DNA of 64,000 nucleotides, taken from NCBI GenBank assembly GCA_051294375.1, contig CM119263.1:25249605-25313604 (forward strand). Reading direction: 5' to 3'. Below the pieces are notes generated by a model, which was not told the DNA's origin, searched no databases, and saw only the letters and a list, made by a program, of their open reading frames with translations. The position numbers and the translations under genes were made by a program. Position 1 is the first letter of the stretch; every line of letters starts with the position of its first letter. The stretch is from Paraspadella gotoi. Taxonomy: Eukaryota > Animalia > Chaetognatha. Below, piece by piece: positions 55,466 through 64,000 of this stretch.

Positions 55466-57219
55466 CAAGAGATATTAATCGATCGCTAATGAGTCTGGGA
55501 AAAAAACAACACCGTCGTTTCTTCTCTCACTCTGCTTCGAATAACTCACCCTTCACTCTTTAACCTCGAGTCACGACCTTCCCCCGGAATTTCTCCACCT
55601 CACCTTTCTTCACCTCACCTTTCCCAATGTTTTTCTTTTTCGTTTCCCGAAAGTCGAAGTTCATTTGTATTATTTCAAACTGTCGCCGCCCGCCGCCGCC
55701 CGCCGCCGCCGCTGCCGCCGCAGCCCGACGCCGTTTCCTTAACGACGAACATAACTCCGCCGAGTAACAAAAGAGAAAAAGAAGAAAAAAAAACCCCGCG
55801 TCCACATCCGTAAGAGAAGAGAAAAAGAAAAAAAACCCCGGTAGCGACGACGCCCTTGGATCGCCGAAAAGAAAAAACTCCCTTCCGTTTCTGTTCTCTC
55901 TCCGCCGCCTCCGTCTCCGCCTCCGCCGCCGCCTAACTCAGCAGGCGCGGCAGCAGCAGCGCCCGACGCCGCTCTGGCACCCGGTCTACTTTCGTTTTTC
56001 CCAAATTAGTTAACAAGTTTTTGGAGAGAGACGAGCCAGAGAGAGAGAGAGAGATAGAGAGAGAGAGTTTTCCTTGTTTGGGGAGGAAAAGGTAGATGGC
56101 GTTGATGGCGCTGACGCCACGAGCGCCTCGACGATGACGTCGGGCGCCGAGGAGGAGACGGGGACACGCCCACAACGCCCACGAGCGCAAACACCGGAAG
56201 TGGAAGAGGCGAAGGAGGATGGCGAGGGAGAGAAGAAAAGAAAAGAAATGCGAAAAAATAACGGAAGAAAAACAAAATAAGTTGCAAGAAGGAAAGGAAA
56301 AAGGAAGGAAAGAAAGAAAGAAAGAGAGAAAGAAAGAAGGAAAGAAANNNNNNNNNNNNNNNNNNNNNNNNNNNNNNNNNNNNNNNNNNNNNNNNNNNNN
56401 NNNNNNNNNNNNNNNNNNNNNNNNNNNNNNNNNNNNNNNNNNNNNNNNNNNNNNNNNNNNNNNNNNNNNNNNNNNNNNNNNNNNNNNNNNNNNNNNNNNN
56501 NGAAAGAAAGAAAGAAAGAAAGAAAGAAAAGAAGAGAAAAATAAAAAGTAAAGAAAAAGGACCTAAAGGAAAGAAAGAAAGACAACCATCAGAGCTCATC
56601 CCTTCCCTACCGACCAAAAAAAAAAAAAAGAGTAAAGTCGGCGGAAAAACCTTGAAGGTGGAAAAGATAAAAAAACGATTTACGCCTTTAAAAAGTTGGA
56701 ACCACGTCTTTCCCCCGCTTCCCGCTTTTCGCTCCGCCTTCGCTGGTGCGACTGGAGTGAGATGCGCCCCATTAGCTCCCCAACGGCCCAAAGATTTCCT
56801 TCAAATCTCTCTCTCTCTCTCTCNNNNNNNNNNNNNNNNNNNNNNNNNNNNNNNNNNNNNNNNNNNNNNNNNNNNNNNNNNNNNNNNNNNNNNNNNNNNN
56901 NNNNNNNNNNNNNNNNNNNNNNNNNNNNNNNNNNNNNNNNNNNNNNNNNNNNNNNNNNNNNNNNNNNNNNNNNNNNNNNNNNNNNNNNNNNNNNNNNNNN
57001 NNNNNNNNNNNNNNNNNNNNNNNNNNNNNNNNNNNNNNNNNNNNNNNNNNNNNNNNNNNNNNNNNNNNNNNNNNNNNNNNNNNNNNNNNNNNNNNNNNNN
57101 NCTCTCTTTTTTCTCCTCTCTATTCACCTCTCTCGTGACCCATCGCGTCATCAGCGCAACAATCATCCCCCTAATTAACCTACATTTTTCTCTTTCATGA
57201 TCGCCCGTCGGCTGGTTCC

Positions 57220-57376
<157 letters not shown>

Positions 57377-57570
57377 GGTCTCTTTCCTCTTTTCACAATT
57401 GACGTCGTCGTCCCTTATAATTGTATCGCTTTCGTCGTCTCTCTCTCCCTCCTTTTTCGTCATTGACTCCCTCTCTGTCTCGCCCCCAAAGCGGGGGATT
57501 TTCGAGCGCCGGGTCTTTTGCGCCTGCGCGGGATTGAGTTAATGACGTGTTTCCGGCGGCCGGTTCCGCG

Positions 57571-57664
<94 letters not shown>

Positions 57665-59548
57665 TCTCAATATATCATAACAAGTTTGAGGGATACTTGG
57701 TGTGTTACAATGAAGAAAGTTCGTTCGTTGTTTTAAATTGCAGCAATTCTTTTCGTCCATTTATGAGTAAAAAAAAAAAATAAAATATACTTATTTACAT
57801 CTTGTTTTTTAATTGTAAAATTTGTAATTCCATATTGATTTTTTTTTTCCTTTCGTACTTTGGTAAATTCTCATTAATTTTTTAAGTCATTTTCTTCATT
57901 CTTCTATTTTCTGTTTTTTACATTCGGTTTTCTCATTTTCTTTTCTCTGTTTTCCTTTTATCGCTTTTGTTTCTTTTCCTCCTCGTTTCTGTTTTTCCTC
58001 CTCCAAGAAAATCGCGGCCCTCAACGATCATAACCCTTCCAATGAGAATCCCTTGTTTTTTCTATCGATTTTAAGAGGAGAAAAGAAAGAGAGGAAGAAG
58101 AAAATGGAGCAAAGAAGAAGGAGAGGAGAAAATAGAAGGAAGAAGATAATGACAAAGAAAAAAGAACCACTGACGTCCGCTAAAAGAAAAAAAGAGGGAC
58201 TTAGAAAAACTGCCTCGGCAACAGGCAAAAGAAACGAGCGATAAAACAACAACAAAACAACAACAACAAAAACAAACAAAGAAATGATTATGACGAGGCC
58301 GAACGAAAAGGCGGAAGGGAGATGAGAGAGACGAGAGAGACCGAAGAGAGAAAAGAGAGAGAGAGACGAGAGAGAGGAGAGAAATCGCTTAGACCTAATC
58401 AGAGAGAGTGAGGAAGAGATGATGCCTGGATGGGAGAAGATGAGATGAGAGAAGTGATGAGTCGGCAAGAGATCTCTTGGGTGGAATGCTGGAAAGGCCA
58501 GACCGCGTTCGCGATTAGATCGAGTTGTCACACAAAGCGGAGTGGTCGGAAGGTCGACGGAGGCCGGGACAGAAGCAGCCCTGCCACGGGGTCAGATCGC
58601 TATGATATGGCGAGAGAGAGAGAGAATGCAGAAGAAAATACCAAGAAATTGACGAAAATCAAGGAACAATATTTAATGTAAAAGGATATATTTTATAAAA
58701 ATTAGACAATGACTGAGTGTTAAAATGAAATTCGAAATTTGGAAGAAGAAAAAAAAGCAAATGAAATGAAAACAAAGAGAGAAAGAAAAACTCGCGAAAG
58801 AAAATAAGATTTTTGAGAAGAAGAAAAAGAAAGGAAATCGGAAACGAGGAAAGAAAAAAGAAAAAGAAAAGAAAAGAGGAAATAGAAAGAAAGGAAGGAA
58901 GGAAACAGGATCTAACACCCGCTAATCAGGGGAGAAGCCGCGAATGTTATGGTGGAGCTAAAAGGTTGTCACGTTTGGGCACATTTCCAATGGCGACACG
59001 TCTTGGCAGATTTGCGCCGCGGGGGCCAATAATCCGCCGCCGCCGCCGCCACCGCCGCCTTTGTCGCCGCCGACTCCGCCTTTCTGCCGGGAAGACCGCC
59101 ACCAAACCGCGACCGACCGGACGTGGCGACTTAGCTGGAAAAACNNNNNNNNNNNNNNNNNNNNNNNNNNNNNNNNNNNNNNNNNNNNNNNNNNNNNNNN
59201 NNNNNNNNNNNNNNNNNNNNNNNNNNNNNNNNNNNNNNNNNNNNNNNNNNNNNNNNNNNNNNNNNNNNNNNCTCTCTCTCTTTCACCCTTCGCTGACCCT
59301 CGTTCTCCCTTCTCTCTCGTTTCCTCATCCACCCGCTAATAACAGAGACTTGACCCCCTAACAAGGAGGAAACGACGTGTTTTTTGGGGTTTTCAAAACT
59401 GAGGGGTGGAGGGAGAGAGAGAGAGAGAGGGAGAAGGGAGAAGAGAGAAGGGAGAAGGGAGAAGGGAGAAGGGATTGATCTGAAGAGAAGTAAAAAGAAA
59501 TAGTGACAGAGAGGAACAGAAGAAAGGTAGATAGGCTCCAGAGTAAAC

Positions 59549-59640
<92 letters not shown>
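59549..59640. repeat. (AAAG)n microsatellite
   Basis: Direct reading. Confidence 0.95.
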
Positions 59641-62547
59641 AAAAAGAAAGAAAGATAGATCGATTCCACCGCGACTCACTTGAGGTAGCATCGACGACGG
59701 AGACACACAGTGACTCGATTCCATCCCCCTATTCCTACCCACCTCCACCCCACATCCCCCCCCCACCTTCGTTTCGTCCAAAACATCTTCCCTTCTCACC
59801 TTTTTTTGGCAGAGCTCGCCCAAAACATTTTCGGGCATTGATTTTATGTCAAGAGGCCGAGAGAGAGGAAACGAAGAAGATAAACAAACTGAGAGGGGAG
59901 GAAAGGAAAGGAAAGGAAAGGAAAGGAAAGGAAAGAAGGAAGGGAAGAAGGAAGGAAGAAAGAATAGAAGGGAGGAACGAGGGAAAAAGGAAAGGAATGA
60001 ATGATAGCCGGAAGCAATGAAGAAAAGTAAAGAAAGGAGGAAAGAAGGAAAGCGTGAAAAATAACCTGAAAGGGAAATGAAAAACCAAAAGGGAGACAAA
60101 ATGAAAAGCGAAAAGTCGACGATTTTTTTTGGGCGACTTTTTTTTTCGTCTTTTGTCTTTTCGTCAAACGAGTGACAACTCACGTGTGGCTGAGATAAAG
60201 AGAGANNNNNNNNNNNNNNNNNNNNNNNNNNNNNNNNNNNNNNNNNNNNNNNNNNNNNNNNNNNNNNNNNNNNNNNNNNNNNNNNNNNNNNNNNNNNNNN
60301 NNNNNNNNNNNNNNNNNNNNNNNNNNNNNNNNNNNNNNNNNNNNNNNNNNNNNNNNNNNNNNNNNNNNNNNTTTTTAAAAAAAAAAGACCGTCATATTGC
60401 CATTGTTCAGTAAAAATCACGTTTCTTCCTCATTATTATCACTTCATCTTCATCATCATCATCATCATCTTCGTCATCTTCCATACGAACGGCAACGAGG
60501 ATCGATACCAATCCCTCGTCAACCTTCCATCAATTCTTGTCGTCGTCATCGTCGTCGTCGTCGTCATCATCGCCAACATCATCGAAGACCTGGTGACGGC
60601 AATCCCGACTGCGCTGCCTTTTTTTTCACAGGAAATGACATTTTGATTGCGTCTTTGGCGCGATGGCGGCAGGGAGGGATGGCGGCGGGGGAGGTGGCGA
60701 ACGCTCCGGCGAGGGTTGCGGCACGAGTTGCGGCAAAAGATGGCAGAGGAAAGAGTTTCAGAGAAAAATGGCGGCGGTGGTGGCTGTGAAAGTCGCTGCA
60801 TGGCTAGGAGGAGGCTAGGGTGGTGGCGGCAGTAGTGGCGAAGACATCTAAAAGGGTTGCGCCTTGGGTCAGGCGATAACAATGTAGATGAAATTATTGC
60901 TGATTATTGTCAGATTGTCCGTCATGATAACAAGGACAACCATGATGACAAGGACAACAACAGAAGATTAAAACTGATGACACAACAATCTCGACGAGGC
61001 AAGGTCTGGAGACGATAAGTATTATCTTCTGACGAGGTGGCTGCGACTGTGAGGTAGGGTTGGCTCCCGCAGCGGCGGCGGCGGCGGCGAACCAATCTTC
61101 CACCCACTTTCTCCTTCCGATTCGCCGTCTTTTGTTCCACGTTTTTCTCCCCCTTGATGAAACTTTAATCAAACTCCATCTTTGGATTCGATTTTACTCT
61201 TCTTCACTTTTCTTTCCTCCGTTTTTCTTTTCTCTTATCTTTCCTCCTTTTTTTGTTTTACTTTGATTTTTTTTAAATCCTTTTGTTTGTTTTATTCATA
61301 AAAATAATAATAATAATAATCTCAGTTTTTTCTGAACAACCTTTAAAAATATTTATATGACATAAATCTACGGCATGCGTCTATTAACTCGGTACAACCA
61401 ATCTAAAAGTTATATATTTAACTAAAAAAAGAAGCAAAAAAGACGATAAAAATCCAACGTTTAATCCGATTTCGTTTCTCACGTTTTTTTTCCGTTTAAC
61501 TCCAACTTTCTATTCAGAGATGAAAAAATTGGAAATCAATTCAGATCCTTTATCTCTGTCGTACTCCCTCCCACTTTCTTGCTGAGATTAAAAACATTTA
61601 TTCTAAATAAATAACTCTCTCTCTCTGTCTCTGTCTCTCTATCTCATTCTTTCTCTTTCACATTTCTGCCTTTCTCCCATTTCCTTCCAGCCTTGATCCT
61701 TCCTCTTCTTCCATCTCATTTTCCGCTTTTTCTCTTCAATCTTTTCTTTCACTCTCTCCTCTTCATCTTCCTCCTCTTCATCTTCTTCCTCCTCCTCTTC
61801 CTCCTCCTCTTTTCCGCCCTTTTCCTCCAATCTCCAAAATATCTCCTGTAAATCAGTTTAATTCCATCTCCGATTCTCTTTTGTTTTCTGCGTCGGTTGA
61901 CACATCACATTTTCGAAGCGAATCATCGACACCAGAGGGAAGCCTAATGGCAATCTAAGTTTAAACCAAATTTTGATTTTCTGTGAAAATCTTAAAATTA
62001 CAAATCTAATAAACAAAAAGGTAATAGAGAGCTATTTAAATTTAAAGAAGCTAAGTTTTTGTTTATACAAATAAATTGAACTAACGCAGCAATAAAAACT
62101 CTCTTTCCCTATTTCGATTCGTTTTAAAAAACAAAAGTCGGTTGTAAAAATCATTTCGATCCCCTCCGCCAGAGCGCGACGGGAGGAGAATTGATTAGCA
62201 TTTTGTCCGCGAAGATAAAAAAGAAAAAAAAAACTTAGGAAAAANNNNNNNNNNCTCATCGCCCCCCTTATCCGGCGTTTCCGCGATTCAAATGAAAATT
62301 CAGTCGCTTAGCAACTCGACAGAGTTTTACGATTTTTATGGATTTTATCTCGAAGACCAAAAGGAGTGCGAAGCTTCGACACGCGCGGCGGCGCCACCTG
62401 ATCTGAAATTCAAAGTTACAACCTAAAAGAACATCATCTGAAAAACAAAAGACTATGAATACTGAATTCTTTTATGGTTTTAATCAAGGAGATGGGACCA
62501 GGGGTTTCTTTTGTTTCACCGAAGACGTAAAAAAGATGAGATACAAA

Positions 62548-62626
<79 letters not shown>

Positions 62627-63372
62627 CAAAAAAGTTCGCAAAAAGGATTTGGGGGACGGTTCGAGCGAAAAAAAAGGCGCTCGAAGGATGGCACACGCCT
62701 CTCTGTATCTCTCTCTTTTTCTTTTTTGCTCTCTCCCTCTCTTTGTCTCTGTCTCTCTCCCATTCCTTGCCTCCATTATGTCTTTCCCTCTCCTGCTTTC
62801 CTCGGGAGGAACCAAGTCAATCAGAAGGAAGCAAAGTCAGAGGAACCGGCCGAAAGGAGATCCGCCCGGGATCATCATTTAGAAATATTCTCTCTCNNNN
62901 NNNNNNNNNNNNNNNNNNNNNNNNNNNNNNNNNNNNNNNNNNNNNNNNNNGAAAAAAGGCGTAGAGAAGGTAAAAATAATAAATGGGTAGAAAGATTGAA
63001 TGAGGAAGAACGAACTGCAGTGGCCTGGGGGAGGAAAGGGGACGGAAGAGAGAGAGAAGATGAAGAGAGAGGAGAGAGAGAGAGGAGAAGGAGAGCGGCA
63101 GGTTTTTTTTTCTCTTTCTTTTTTGGGTCTTTTTTTCTTTTTTCATTTTCTCTCCGGAAAAAAAAGAGGACGAATAAGCGACGAAATCGGATTGTCTGTC
63201 GCTCGACGCGAATTGGATTCGCTTCGATTGGATGCTCCTTTGTTTTTTCCTCATTCCGTTCGGTAGCCGCCAGCGCCGCCGAGCGCATAATGTAATAACT
63301 AAGCCGATTTGCCTCCTTTAAATCTGAGGTAATAAATCTAAAGTACGATCAACGCCCAAGCCCGAGATTTGC

Positions 63373-63474
<102 letters not shown>

Positions 63475-64000
63475 ATCAGATCTCATTAAAACGGATTCGA
63501 TAAAGATTTAATTAACCGATTGCGTCGCGGATAGGTACAAACGCTACCTTCCCTATAAATCAGAATCCCTAACAACGATTAACTTGGACATAGGATTTCT
63601 TTTGCAGAACTTTTCCAGCAGAAGCGATCGCCAGGAAATATGCATACGGATCTCATAAAATCGGTAAAGTCGAATCCCCTTCGCATAGTCAAAGACTCAA
63701 AGACTCTTTTCTCTTTCAATTCGCATTCGCAAAGACTCTTGGTTACACGGCCACACTTCTCATTCAGGAAAGGGCTCCGGTGACCGCTCTCCCCCTCCCA
63801 GACGCTATTCCTCTTTCTCCGGCTGCTTTTTAATAATAATTTCCGTAGTCGCTCCACCTCCACCTCACACTCCCTCCCCGCTCCAGCACCCACTACCATG
63901 ATCCGACCCGATTGGAGCGACTCCTTCTCTAACAACAGATTATCGTTCGGTCTTTCGCTTTCACGTCGAGTGCGTGATGGAGCGAGGTGGCAACCACAAC

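Noticed and set aside
26581-57155. Other CTGANGA hammerhead-like cores (26581, 30186, 38323, 57149 reverse)
   Set aside because: None has a proper stem II followed by GAAA and a cleavage triplet.

Overview
AT-rich, microsatellite-dense eukaryotic DNA, most likely from an arthropod, taken from a gappy draft assembly. The one host gene I can support is an intron-rich C-terminal binding protein gene (CtBP; NAD(H)-dependent corepressor with a D-2-hydroxyacid dehydrogenase fold) on the minus strand. Ten coding exons can be spliced by hand from ATG 12459 (MDKK) down to 66, giving about 402 codons, and the gene runs off the left edge. Exon 2 carries a KRPRID NLS-like motif and an unusual 15-Ala insertion. 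The 9.6-kb intron 2 (2353-11985) is packed with mobile DNA: a decayed CRE-like (restriction-like endonuclease) non-LTR retrotransposon between ~1.55-kb inverted arms, a ~250-bp MITE, a multi-hairpin element with a (TAA)n tail, telomere-like tracts, and a ~930-bp foldback followed by a Penelope-type minimal hammerhead ribozyme motif (11869-11903). The remaining ~51 kb has no recognisable coding sequence. It holds simple repeats, GC-rich candidate regulatory islands (a cAMP-response/ETS/nuclear-receptor DR1 cluster at 45295-45389 and a Pho/YY1 cluster at 60661-60803) and several kb-scale near-identical duplications next to exactly 25-N gaps that are probably gap-filling artefacts. One of those duplicates shows a 3.5-kb inversion. 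Nearly all ORFs in the supplied track are spurious.
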